From contig NC_043002.1 in NCBI RefSeq assembly GCF_006345805.1, positions 77,872,001 to 77,936,000 on the forward strand: a stretch of 64,000 nucleotides of DNA. Direction: 5' to 3'. Position 1 is the first letter of the stretch. Each line of letters starts with the position of its first letter. The translations under genes and the position numbers were made by a program. Below, piece by piece: positions 50,517 through 63,813 of this stretch. The notes beneath the pieces are model-generated. The model did not search any database. It was not told the origin of the DNA and was given only the letters and a program-made list of their open reading frames with translations. Source of the stretch: Octopus sinensis. Its lineage: Eukaryota.

Positions 50517-53061
50517 AACCCACAAATGAATAAAGTATATGTTTGTGTGTGTGTGTGTGTGCGCGCCACCATTATTTGACATTAGATTAGTTTGGGAAAT
50601 TTGATCAGGCGATATGAAAACGAAGGAAAATTTCTTTGATACTGTTGAGTATTCCTAAATATTCTTCAAAGTTAATAGTATATTCTGATTGCTCTTTCTT
50701 AATTATATTTCAGTATTAATTACTTCTATATAGGAGTATTAATTTTATTCTTGTTCTAAAATCATTTTAAAGAGATTTTAAAAAATTATTTTTTTACACA
50801 TAATTAATTCATACACTTGATGGTATATAACTTAATATTCACATTGTTTAATACTTGTTATTTTTTTTTCTCTTGTCCTAAAAATTTTGCTTTAAAAACT
50901 TTTTCTTTTTTTTTTTATTGCTCTCATCCTGTGTAATATTTGCTTCCTGTACACATCCACTTTTCAATAGAATTCCTTAATCCTTCCTTAATTATGATCA
51001 TTAATGATGGGAATTGGCTAAACACTATATTTAAGGACAGGAACTACCAGTAATATATTTGGGTTAGTTTTGTAGGAAATACATAATGTAAATGTATTTT
51101 CTAATTACCACTAGATGTTTGACTTGTACCAGTTTGAATAGCACAAAGTGTTTCCAATATAAAAACTTCAATTTTAGCATTAAAGAATATACATTGTAAG
51201 GTCTACAGTCTGTCAATTAAGACTTGTGTGTTCATTGTCATTTTACATCCACTTGGTTTCTATGGCTGGATGCTCTTTCTAATACCAACCACTTGGCAGA
51301 GTACTGCAGATATTTTTCATGGTACCAGTATGGGAGAGTGATGGATAGGAAGACATGGTTAAATGGTGAGAATGAATAATGTTGAAACTTGGGAGGCCAT
51401 AAGACCTATTTGACCCTCTCACCAATCCACTCTGTCTCACACACACATTATAATTTAGAAATGAGACAACTAATAATTGTGGGGCATTGAATGTTCCAGT
51501 ATCTACAATAATAGTTACTCTACAAATACATCGAGTTCTGAGACTTTCATGCCTGGTACACTGTCTTTGCATGTGTGTATGATGTTTGTCGTAATTTTTG
51601 CATCTGCTTTCCCATGCTCGCATGAGTTGGACAGATCACTTTAAGGCAGTGCTTTGCCACCGGATGCACCTTCCTGGTGTTAACCTTTTTAGGTACTTTC
51701 TGTGATATGCAAGAATATGGTGTATCTATTCTAAAAGCCAGGATACACATGGTATTTTGTCTGTATATGATGATGATGATGATTTCGTTGATGATTCAAC
51801 ATTAAGAAATGTAGGCATAATGTCTGAAATCTGCAAATTGATACATGTGTTTATGCATTCACATATATATATTCATCTGTTTGTTGATATATATACACAC
51901 ACACACACACTCACACAAATTACGTTTTTATGTCTTCTTTTCCAAGCTAGTATGGCTTGAATGAGAGATTTTAGGCAATGTTTTAAGGCCTGTCCTTCCC
52001 GATGCCAGCTCATATGTACATATGTCTGCTGTGTGTGTGTGTGCATGCATGCATGCACATGTATTCCTATTACTGTAGGATTTTAGAGAGCAAAAAAAAA
52101 AAAAACTTCACTGATGTATGGTGCTACAGTTCAGTTAAACATGCCTATCAAGACTAGCTGAAAAGTGTAGAATTTCTGTTCTCCAGCTAGCAACATGTGT
52201 AGAACGGAATGTCTTTCAGGCAACAACTTGAGTAGAAATCAATTACAGCTGATTAGGAACATATTAAAAAAAAATGTACTGAGCCCAAGTTACTGATTGG
52301 TTGATGAAAATTAATTCCTACCAAGTAAACCTCAATAGATGCTTGTGATTACATCATAGTTATGTCATAATGCTACAAAATAAATCTACCTTTTTTACAT
52401 GAGATAGTCACAGTGGTTCCATTACTAGATATTTTGCAAAAATTAATATTGCCCCCATTCAAATGAAAAATGATTGTTAATAAAAATTTAATGATTCAGT
52501 AATTCAAATTTTTATATCAGTTCCAGTCACCTCATAATTTACATTCTAAAATAAACTGTAAAATCAGTCTTTCTTTTGTCTTACCATATATGCATTAGCA
52601 TTCACTCTCTTTTGCTTACATATCTGGTATAAAATAATGGCAAAGTGGTTAAGCTTACTAGTGTTCAATCTAGATAGTACATTAGTTAAAACCTTGCCTA
52701 TTCGGTTGTTTTTGTTTTTTAATATCTAAGCACTGAGGAAATTATTTCTAAAATTGAACACTTATTTCAGTGAGTGTCGCTAAAAACACTCATGGATCAA
52801 GGATGAAGGATGAGGGTTAGACCAGGTCATTGATTGAGCTGTTTGGCAATGTATAAAAACAACTGTTGCAACAATCTTGGTGACTGAACTGCAGACTACC
52901 CTGTGTTTTAAATGACTGTAAAATGCTCTGTGTAAATACACAGCATTTTACAATCTTTGTATACTTTCTTATTTAATAGATGTAGATTCTTTAAAAAGAC
53001 CCACCTCATCAAGAAATAGGTTGCTGTGAGTTCACACATGCATACACATACATTCATGTAT

Positions 53062-53330
53062 TGTGAAGGTTTACTGTGGTTAGTGTGTTGGGCTTGCAGT
53101 CATGAGATTGATTCCTTGACCAGGCAATGCATTGGTGTCTTGAGCAAAGCACTTCATTTCATGTTGCTCCAGTCTATTCAGCTGTAAATGAGTGCCAGCA
53201 GATTGTTGATGCAGCCCTTCTACTTCCAGCTGTCATATTCTGGGCTTCCACTTACTAGGCCAAGGATGGGATGTCTCCATAGACACCTAAAACAATTATC
53301 TAAAGCATGTTACATGCTATTAGGTCATGC
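53062..53330 (+). mobile_element. Family C SINE, decayed
   Basis: GTGAAGG head and core TGTCTTGAGCAAAGCACTTCATTTCATGTTGCTCCAGTC. Confidence 0.7.
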
Positions 53331-53420
53331 TCACGAATGATAGCTTCCTGTTTTGTTTTTGTGGTTGTGTGTGTTTGTGTATCTTGATTCCAAACAAAGT
53401 GCTATTTCTGCATAGCCAGG

Positions 53421-53855
53421 AAGGCGGCAAGCTGGCAGAAACATTAGCATGTCGCGTGAAATGCTTAGCGGTATTTCGTCTGTCTTTATGTTCTGAGTTC
53501 AAATTCCGCCGAGGTCAACTTTGCCTTTCATCCTTTTGACGTTGATAAATTAAGTACCAGTTCCGCACTGGAGTCAATGTAATCAACTTAATTCCTTTGT
53601 CTGTCCTTGTTTGTCCCCTTTATGTTTAGCCCCCTTGTGGGCAATAAAGAAATAAGAAACGTTAGCATGCTGGGTGAAATGCTTAGCAGTATTTCGTCTG
53701 TCTTTATAATCTGAGTTCAAATTCTGCAGAGGTCGACTTTGCCTTTCATCCTTTCGAGGTCAATAAATTAAATACCAGTTGGATACTGGGGGTCGATCTA
53801 ATCAACTGGCCCTCTCTCCAAAAATTTTGGGCCTTGTGCTTAGAGTAGAAAAGAA
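53421..53855 (+). mobile_element. Dimeric family B SINE
   Basis: A single 18-bp TSD tatttctgcatagccagg (53403-53420, 53856-53873) encloses two monomers with different tails. Confidence 0.9.
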
Positions 53856-56800
53856 TATTTCTGCATAGCCAGGTGTGTTTTCATGGCAGATTGGAAGTGA
53901 ATGATACCACTTGTATGATGGTCACACTCAGAACTATCTCAAACACACACAAAACAGGCTTCTTTCAGCATCGACCTAGCAAATATACTTGCAAAGTTTT
54001 AGTTGGCCTAGGACTATACAAGAATGGTGCTCTGCAACCGATATGCTGTGACACACTGGTGTGCCGCAGTGTAACCTGAATGTAATTTTTTCCCCTATAC
54101 TTTTAGTTATTTTTTAGTTCAAGTGTGTCACCAAATACTAAAAAAAATATAAGTGTACTACAAGTGAAAAAATGGTTGCAGAGCACTGTACTAGAGAACT
54201 CTTATTCAAGAGGTGGCACTGCAGTGAGACTGAACCTGAAACCATGTGAATGGACTCCACTATATACATACATACCTGTACACACACATACACTCTTTAA
54301 AGTCATAATTTTGCTTTCAGTTAGATTAAATTACTACCTACCTACCTACCAACCAACCAGCCCAAACATATCAAAATCTATGCATCCCATGTGTACTCTC
54401 TAGTGACTCCACTGTTTTAGTTATCTGATAAGAACATCCAATGCTGTGATTAATCACTCCAACATCTGTTATTCTGTGTCAACTTCTATCTTTCTAAAGT
54501 AGTTTCAGAATGAGTTCTCATTTTTTCTTGTTTTTAATTCTTTCACTAAGTAACTTTTCATTTACTATTAGTAGGTACTTAAAAATGATTAGTTAAAATG
54601 ACTTCTAAATTTATCCAGACCTTGCAATTAGCTGACTATGTTGTAATTAAATATATTTATTTATTCAATAAAAAGAAAAACTTAATGCCAAAAGCAAGAG
54701 AAAACTAGAAATGTAATTTTCAAATTTAATATTTTAACTAAAAGTAATATATAAAAGTGTAGGTGGGGGGACTAATAAAAATAAATCAATATTTTCCAAC
54801 CAAGTGTTTTCTGAAAGGTATTATAAGGTCCTTTTCATTTATTCATTTATTTACTTTGATAACTAACTCTTATTTCTATAGAATTTTAATCAATTACTAC
54901 TGCTTGTAAGAATCCTTAGATATTAAACCATTCAACTCTGCTTCTCATAGTATTTTGAAACATTCAATGTCAGGAATGGGTTGGGTGTTAATTCCACCAC
55001 AGAATTCAAAAAATAAAAGATCATTCCTTTTATTTCTTCATTGTTATCTTTCTTCATTCTTGGTGGAAATCTTAGCAGTTTCTTAAGATGTACTGAATAT
55101 TTGTATATTCTCCTTTTTATCCATGTTAGTTGACTCTGCATTATAAATGCATTTTGATACTGAAATATTAAGAAGTTATCTAGATTCTTTGCCACAGCTG
55201 TCAATGGCTGGCTGACTTGTGGCTTGTAGGTGTGAGGGTTGGTGGCAGGTATTCAGATACCTGATGATGATAATTTTATTTCATACTGCCATGCTGTAGC
55301 AAGCTATTCCATTCTCTTCTTCCTCCCTTCTTTTTTCTTTCCATTCATTCATTTATTTCTCTCTCCCCCACCTTTTTTCCTGCTCCTTTTACCTTCCCTA
55401 CTCAACCTTAGTTGGCTTCTTTTTTTTTTTTTTTTCTTGTGTAAAGGATCAATATCTCTCTCCAATAATTATGTACTGGAAAATATTCCAGGTTTCTAAT
55501 ATTACAACATTGATCTGAAGATGCACTTTTGTTTGTTTTGTTTTTTTTTCTTTCAGTTCTTCATTTATCTGGCATAAAATGTCCTATTAACAACACTAAT
55601 ATAAGAATATATTAAGGATGGGGGGGCAATGTATATATATATATAAATGAAGACAACTACCATAACATGTTCAGTTAACATCAATAGAGGGAAGCACCCA
55701 CAGCTCCAAAGCTTTTTACCTTGATTAACTTTCATTGTAAATGGTGCCAACAACTGTTCTGTTGCCAATTTTAACCTTTTATCTCCTAATGCAGAATAAA
55801 TGATGACATTGTGTGTGTGGCTTTTTTTAACAACCTTTTCTATTTTTCTTTTTTTTCTCATTCTCTCACTTTCTTCTCAAATGTAAAATTTTAAACAGTT
55901 TCAGAGAATATATAATTAGTCAGTGCAACTAAAGTGCTTAATACATTGATAAACTAATGTGACATAGTATTAGTTGTTTTGGTAATTTATATGCATATGT
56001 ATTTGTCTGTGTATGAATGTGTATTTGCATCTACATGTGTATATTTTGTTTGATGTAAGTTGTTAAAGAAATTTGTTTTAAACCTGTTTCTAATTTTATA
56101 ATTGAAATAGGAATTTGCTGTTATCATGGTGATATAATAATGAGAAAAAATATCCGACGGAAGAGAAACTGCTGTGAGATGGCAGCAGATGGTAGTTAAA
56201 ATAGTGTTAAATTAATAAATAACCTTAGGAATAATCCATATCGATTCTCAAATAACTGATGTTAAAAGAAAAAAAAAGATGTCCAAGGTTAGGATAATCT
56301 TTGAATGGAAGCAATTTTGTAGATCTGTTTAAATTGTGTGGCTATTGAAAAAAAAAAAAAAAAAACTTCAGCTCATTGCCAAAATTATCTTGGTTCGAAA
56401 CAAATATTTATTGTTTAGCTAATGTAACAATTCTACAACAAATAAAATATTAAGGAAAGTGTTTCGTTATTTATTTCATAAGTAATAAGCTGCGTCTGTC
56501 TACTAATAGATTTTAGATGAGAAATATAGTATTGAATTAAATTTACAATATGAAATGTGTTTTTTCTATAAACACTGTGTAATGTCTAAACTTTTGATTG
56601 CACTCCAGATTGGTAAGGTTAGTTTTATTTTGTTTGCAGATATTCATCTTGCAAGATTCATTTTAATGAGCTTCACATATGGCAAAATGTTAGTAGATAG
56701 TGAAGATATGAGTCAATGGATCTTTAGAAGCAGTTGGCCACTGTAGGGTTTTTTTTTCTCAAATATCTGAATTTGATCTTATAATATTGTGCTTTCGGCA

Positions 56801-57333
56801 GTTTAGCAGAATTAAGTTTCTCCTGAAAGTGAACCCACTCCCTTCTACAGATAAAAATCACACTGATAATTCTTTTTGCAATAACATATCATTTTGCATA
56901 TAAATAAATCTAATATTTCATAAAAGGAAATTCTGTATAGATAAAATTATGCATAGATGTTAGAATCCAAGGGAAGCGAAGGACAATAGATTATTAATCT
57001 TTTGTTTTGTGTTATTGAAGATATACATATATATATATTGAGGAAAATGTCGGTAAATGATTTGTTGTTGTTGTAGAATAGACTGATATAAGCTGTTAAT
57101 GTATTGATACCATATTACTGCCATGATAAGCACTTTGAATGATTAATCCTCTTTATGGTTCTTAGCCTAGTGAATTATTAACTAGTGAGTCATGTAAGAA
57201 GCCAATTGTTATATTTTAGTCATGAATTCTTACAACTCTAGGTAGACTTCATAACTTATCTTGAAGTTTGTATCATTGAACTTAACCTAGGCAGAGCGCT
57301 CCCATGGGGTTATTGCGAGTAATAGGTGTTAGA

Positions 57334-57567
57334 AAGGCGGCGAGCTGGCAGAATCGTTAGCACTCTAGGTGAATTGGCTAGTGGTATTTCGTCTGCCGCT
57401 ACGTTCTGAGTTCAAATTCCGCCGAGGTCAGCTTTGCCTTTCATCCTTTTGGGGTCAATTAAATAAGTACCAGTTATGCACTGGGGTCGATATAATCGAC
57501 TTAATCCGTTTGTCTGTCCTTGTTTGTCCCCTCTGTGTTTAGCCCCTTGTGGGTAGTAAAGAAATAG
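57334..57567 (+). mobile_element. Family B SINE, full length and young (core reminiscent of the MetaSINE domain)
   Basis: Head GGCGGCGAGCTGGCAGAATCGTTAGC, B-box GAGTTCAAATTCC, core GCCTTTCATCCTTTTGGGGTCAATTAAATAAGTACCAG. TSD aataggtgtt(t)agaaagg at 57321-57337 and 57563-57580. Confidence 0.92.
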
Positions 57568-58701
57568 GTGTTTAGAAAGGTGGGGATCAGGATTTGTCTA
57601 CAAATACAATATTCAAAGCAGATACATTACTCATATCTTAAATATATTTTCAAAATAAGTTGTGTTGGAGTTAGAATATGAGTAGGGCCAGAGGCTCAAC
57701 ATTGTCTTAGAGGATGCAGAGGAGCTGGCACAGGAGCACCGATGAACCTGGCCAGTTCTATACACTAAGATACCTCTCAGAGCACTAATCTGAGATGACC
57801 CCCAGCCTCATCATACAAGAGCATCAAGCAAACATTTATTTTTCATGTTGGTAACTCTGAGCCTCTTATTTGACTGGAACAGTTTACAAAAAAACTGCTC
57901 ATTACTCATACATCCATATTATTCATATATATTTCAGGGATGTACTTGTTGAGCAAAAATACTTAAGTCAAACATTAAGTACAATAAATCTTAGTCATTC
58001 ATTATACCACTGTCTACTTGTTAAGTGCAGTGTACTGGGCTTGGTAGAAATTATAGTTTGGTCAGTTTCTCTAGCAATGTTTAACCCATTTATAATGAAC
58101 ATATATTTCTAGGACTTAAAATATATTTGCTGAGGATCTAACACTACAGAGATACATGTGGGATTACCAAAGCATTTGGTAGATAATGTACTAATCAACC
58201 GAGTATCTTGACTTAGAATACTTTTTCATTACCTATGCTTTTTTTTCAGTTAGTGCAGTATTTGTTTACCTCTTACAATTTTCAAGTAGTATTGAGGGAG
58301 AAAAAAAAATTACAAGAAAGTTATTATATTAATGTAAAACAGTTTTCAAAAGCACTTCTAACTCTTATAGAAAACCTTTATAAATTCTTGGAAAACAGCT
58401 GTGCCAATAAATCTAACTCTTACTTAATCTCTTTCTTCTAAGATTACCTGATTACAAAACATTCTTTCTGATGATGATGGAATGGATGGGGTGGTAGTAA
58501 CAGGAGCAGGTGATAAATAACTGAAAAAAATTTTAATCAAATTTAACTAATTTTAAAGTTTTCTTCCATATATCTCTCTCTCTCTCTCTTTCTCTCTCAG
58601 CATGTATGTATAATTTTGAAAGAGTATCTTCAAGCTTTCAGTAGTAAGTGGCAGAAACTAGGTTGAAAGGATCACAAAATAACAAAAATAATATCTATAC
58701 T

Positions 58702-58742
<41 letters not shown>
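58702..58742. repeat. (TG)n(AG)n microsatellite
   Basis: Directly visible. Confidence 0.95.
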
Positions 58743-60386
58743 CTCATGCTTACATGGAATCACATCTGTAAATATGTTAAAATTATGTTGCTCTGTTATT
58801 TGTAATCTTTTGTTACTCTCATTTAGAGATCCCCAAGGGATTTCTAAAATTTGTCTGTCTGGAGAAATTAAATTAAAATGTTGGAACCATTAGGCATCAT
58901 TATAAATGAATATTATTATTAATGCAATAGTTAATTCTGTGTGACAGTCTTTTGAAACCAGTTTACAATCATTCTATTTTTATATCCTGTTCTTTGAATT
59001 TTTCTCCTTGCAACAATTTCTTTTGCCCACCTCCTAAACTATTCTTTTAAAGGTTTAAGTCTTTGGACTATAGTCATGCTGGGACAATGTCTTCAAGGTT
59101 TTTAGTCAATTATGTTGATTCTAGTACTTTCATTTATGAAATAGTTATTACCTTTTGGCATAAAGAGACACTATTCAATGCACCAATTTTACACTTGTAT
59201 ATACAATGTATTTGTGAGTGTACATGGCAAGCTTTTGTGCAGTTTCTAACAAATTTCACTCACCGAGCTACTACTGCTATGAAGTGGGATTGAACTGAGA
59301 ACAATGTGCCTTTGAAGTGAGCTTTTTAATCATATGACTATACCTGCACCTATATACTCTTATATATAGATTATATATTTCACAATGTCAACATTGATAT
59401 TTCTAGACCAATGCTGTAACTCTTGTTAGGTCAGTTGGTATATCCATAGGTATTTGTTGGCAATTAATTTCAGGTTAGCCAAGATCAAGAAGACTGATCA
59501 TATATATATGATCAAAGGTATTTTAGGTGTGACCAAAACATTTTTTTCCCAGCAGTCACAGTATATTTCCGATTAAATTATCTAATGCCATGTCTTTTTA
59601 TTTATTTTATTATGAAAACAGTAGGGTGTGTCATTTGACCTAATTATCTTTCATGTTGTAAGTTCTATGGCTGTAAATGCAGGGTATCTTGAGCAAGTAT
59701 CTTCAACTATGGCCCTAGACCAACGAGTGAATTTAGCTAACTGAAATTATGCAGCTGTCCTTTATATATATCTTTGGCTCTCCTGGTCAGTTAGTACTGG
59801 TTTGTTTACATCCCCATAACCTAGTGACTTTACAAAGAGACCTATAAAATAAGAGAGACTTAAAACTGGGTTATGGAGTCAGTTCGATCAAGTAACCCCT
59901 TCAAGGCTATGCTCTAACATACATGACTGCAGTTCAATGGCTGATACCAATAAAATTATAAAAGACTATTTATTACATCATCATAAACATCAATTATATG
60001 GAGGTGGAAAGGTACAAAAATATGCAATTCATATTCCACTGCTAGCATTGATCTGCTTTTAGGCCAATAGTACAACTCTTGTTAGATCAGTTTGCATATC
60101 TGTAAATAGATAGTTACTGTTGGTGTCAATTAACTTCCAAGTTAACCAAAATTAAGTAGACCAATGTATAATCAGACATTCTAGCTGTGACTGTCACATT
60201 TTTTCCCAGCAGTCAGTATTTTTAGGACTAAATAATATGCCATGTTCTTCACTTTATATGTGATGTTTCCTTTCTATTTGAAGATGATAGGGTATGTCAA
60301 GTTATACACACACACACAAACCAAAATTAAATTAATTTTTAATCATGAATTCAATTACCTATTGAAATAAGTAATTAATACATATA

Positions 60387-60632
60387 AAGGATAAAGATAA
60401 AGGCTCTTCCCACATCACAGAGACTCATAGGGTTGGTTTCTTGGTTTCTGTGACTTGGGCCAGACACTAGTCTGTTGCAGGATTATTCATTTTTGTTGGC
60501 TGAGTGGACTGGAGCAACATGAATTGAAGTGTTTTGCTCAACAACAACACTATGTCGCCCAGTCCAGGAATTGAAACCATAATCTTACAATCATGAGTCT
60601 AACACCCTAATTACAAAGCCACATGCCTCTCC
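60387..60632 (-). mobile_element. Family C SINE, full length
   Basis: 14-bp TSD aattaatacatata at 60373-60386 and 60633-60646. Confidence 0.85.
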
Positions 60633-61967
60633 AATTAATACATATATTTATATGATGATATAAAGCTCACAAGAGACTTCTTGTCCCTTTTACGTTTTTT
60701 AAACTTTCTCTCTATAAAAATTAATTTCTAATAAATAGAATTGAAAAGGTTCAATTTTCATCTAACCATTCTTTTTAGCCCTAATTTATGAAGCAAATTA
60801 TTAGGTTACTTGTTAAAAAGTTAAATATTGACACCTACTCTTCTTATTTGCTAATTATTGACTTACTATGGATAGTATATTTATCTTTCTGATTCAATTT
60901 CTATTATTGCTTTGAGACTAGATATAAGGAAGTCCCCTCTTATAAGTATTTCACATTTTCTTGGTAGGAAAACCTTCATGTATAAAAATCTATTCACATC
61001 AAGGATATAAAGAAACCTACCCTGTATTTAACTAGCTCTTGATTGCATCACTCCTCCAAAATGATTTAAAGTCAAAATTGAACTCGGGATGTAAAGAACC
61101 ATGATAAAATACCTCTAGGTATATTATCTGACTATCTAATAACCCTGCCAGTCCATCACCTTCCAAAGTTTTTATCCTTTGTACTACCTATTAAAGTTAA
61201 ATTTACTTAATACTTTCATTAGTATGAGTGGGGGTACCTTCATTCAAAAATATAGTATTTTTACTAAGTTGAACGTAAAAATGTGGCATTATTTTAAATA
61301 TCTCTAAATACAAGTATTTAACATACCCTACCTTTCAAAAATATTATTGGCTTGTTTTATTAACTGATAAGCTCTTAGCAGCAACTCTGGCTATCAAATT
61401 GCATTGCATCCTAGAATTTGGGCTCAGTTTCCAATAATAGAACATTCAAGAAAGGAATAGTTTGCTCATATAAGCTGTTATTGCTTTTCATATTATTTGC
61501 ACTTCAAAAGCAAATACTTTTAAGTGTAGGGCTTGAAATGTCAACTTGCCATTTATTCCTATTTCAGTTAATATAGTTCTTGGTGGAACTAAACAGCAAA
61601 TAGATGCTTAGCAGGATGGCATACTACCAAGGGGCTGTTACTACTTTCCCAACAAGGCTCTCTCTCTCTCTACTTTTAAAGCTGTCCCTATAGAATTTGT
61701 TGTTTTCCCTTCTACTTAAGGAGGTAGAGCAAAGATAAAAAGCAGCTTATCGTAATAGTTGTTTAGTTGGAAATAATTTATTGGATTCACTCCTAGGCAT
61801 ATATTTGTTGAACTGTGTGAGAAAGAAACACAGATCTGGACTCATGTTACGTTTCCAGCTTCAGCCTAGCACTCCTGTCTGTTGCCAAAAAGCTAAAGAA
61901 AAAACACTATATAATTCGTCCTCTTCATTACCAAAAAAACTCCATTCTATACTTCCACTTGTTTCAG

Positions 61968-62101
61968 ATATATCGGCCAAAAAGATTCTGTTACCATAAG
62001 TATTTGGAACCATAAAAAGATCCACAAGAAACAAGGTGCTGGCTTCTTAGGATGTGTACGAATCACTTCACATACTATCCAACAGTTGAAAGACACTGGC
62101 T
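61968..62101 (+). CDS. Smurf: Smurf E3 ubiquitin ligase, internal coding exon (134 nt, C2 domain)
   Basis: Acceptor acttccacttgtttcAG and donor GTAAGT at 62102. Reads (L)YIGQKDSVTISIWNHKKIHKKQGAGFLGCVRITSHTIQQLKDTG. The WNHKKIHKKQGAGFLGCVR motif is diagnostic of Smurf, and the phase-2 junction with the previous exon (TT+A=Leu) is in frame. Confidence 0.97.
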
Positions 62102-63369
62102 GTAAGTTATGTTTTTGTTGTTTTTCTTCCTTTCAGGATTTTCTACAAATATCTAATTCTAGTTGACAATTTTTTTCATACCAAAAGTTGAACACTTATA
62201 ATTGGTTTTTGTCCCATCTTTAATTCATGTTTTTGACAGATGTTGCTACAATCTTTCTCATTTAGTGAGAAATACCATGTCCAAAGTATTATAAATATTT
62301 TATTGTCTGTATAAAGTAAATATATACCAGATATTTTTTTTTCAATGTATGTATGTGTATTTTAGTTATGTTTTATCCTTCTCTTATAGATTATCAAGTA
62401 CCTCCAATGTCACTTAAATCTCCACCCACTCTTTGTTTAACTCAATTGTCACCTAAAGGTGTAAACTAAGCTCATTAAACACCACCTTACTAGTTGGAAG
62501 TAACAAGCAGCTTTACTAGTGTGTGGTTGTTTCACTACTTTGAAATTTAAATCACACTGGTATTAGTCTCTGCCTGTCTGTTCAGTACTACTAATAAATT
62601 CCCTATCAGTTTAGCTGCCATTAAAGAAATATTATCTGTAGCCTGGATCTATAATTACATGACCCATTAAAAAAAATGAAAATTACCTGTCAGTTTTGAT
62701 TTTTTTTTTTTTTTAAACAGGTAAGCTTGAGAACTTGTTATTCCAGTTATAGATTTTTTTTTTCTTTCTCACATTATCTTACAGGGTGGCTGATGTATTT
62801 TCTTAGATGTTGCTGCTTCATCTTACTCCTAGTGATGCATGTATTGCTAATTGCTTTAAACCTTTCTTAAATATTCAATTTTCTTAGGTTTACCTAGAAT
62901 ATCATCATCATCCAGTGTTTTAAATCTGGGCTTTGTCCCCGTTAACAGGGGTGGCCAGATCTACCTCAATGCCATAACAACCAAAGTAAGCAGGTGCAGC
63001 CCACCCCAACCTTTGAGCTGGCTGGTGCCCATTCTCCTTTGCTTTCATGAGGCTTTTTTTGAGCTGGATTTTCTACGAGGAGCATGCCCTTGCTTACCCC
63101 CAACTTCAGTTTCCAGACATGAGTGGTCCTGAGACCAAGGTTTCTACCATAATTTTTAAGAAATATGGTGGAAAAAATAGCTCAGGAAGGTTGAGACACT
63201 TCTCCTTGAGACTCGTTTCAGAGCCCCTCTACTATCACTATTATTTACAGTTAACAGTATTTGTTGTGAGAGAAATCATAAAGTTACAAAGCTATGAGAT
63301 TTTGTAAAGAATTCTATCCTAAAGATTACTTTTTACGTATTCACACAAGTTTTGTGCTGCTCTTAGATG

Positions 63370-63810
63370 GGGCACAGGTGTGGCTGTGTACATATTTCCA
63401 TTTTGACAACCACATGGTTCTGGGTTTGATCCTATTGTGAAGCACCTTGAACTAGTCTCTTCTACCTCAAGCTGACCAAGGCTTTGGGTGTGGAATTTGG
63501 TAGATTAGAAACTGTGCTAAAACCCATTGTATGTATTGTGGGTGGGGGATAAGAAGTTTGCCTCCCAACTACATGGTTCCAGGTTCAGTTCTACTGTGTG
63601 GCATCTTGGACAAGTGTTTTCTGCTATAGCCTTGGACTAACCAAAGCCTTGTGAATTGATTTAGAGACAGAAACTGAAAGAAGACTGTCATGTATGTGTG
63701 TGCATGTTGGTGCTTTATGTCCCCATAACTTAGCAGTTTGGTAAAAGAGATTGATAAAATTAGTACCAGACAAGTACTGGTATCAATTTGTTTGACCAAT
63801 ATTCTTCAAG
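63370..63810 (+). mobile_element. Two tandem family A SINE copies
   Basis: The head/core motif CAAC(C/T)ACATGGTTC...GGTT occurs twice (~63407, ~63566). Confidence 0.8.
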
Positions 63811-63813
63811 CTT

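Larger units (their letters stand above)
30282..61967 (+). other. Smurf: Smurf intron (31686 bp, GT-AG, phase 2)
   Basis: The flanking exons join to give the continuous conserved peptide QHYDL-YIG, so no constitutive exon is needed in between. Confidence 0.9.

Noticed and set aside
57334-57425. tRNA genes at SINE heads (also 517, 41292, 53421)
   Set aside because: A/B boxes are present but there is no complete cloverleaf. They continue into SINE bodies bounded by TSDs.
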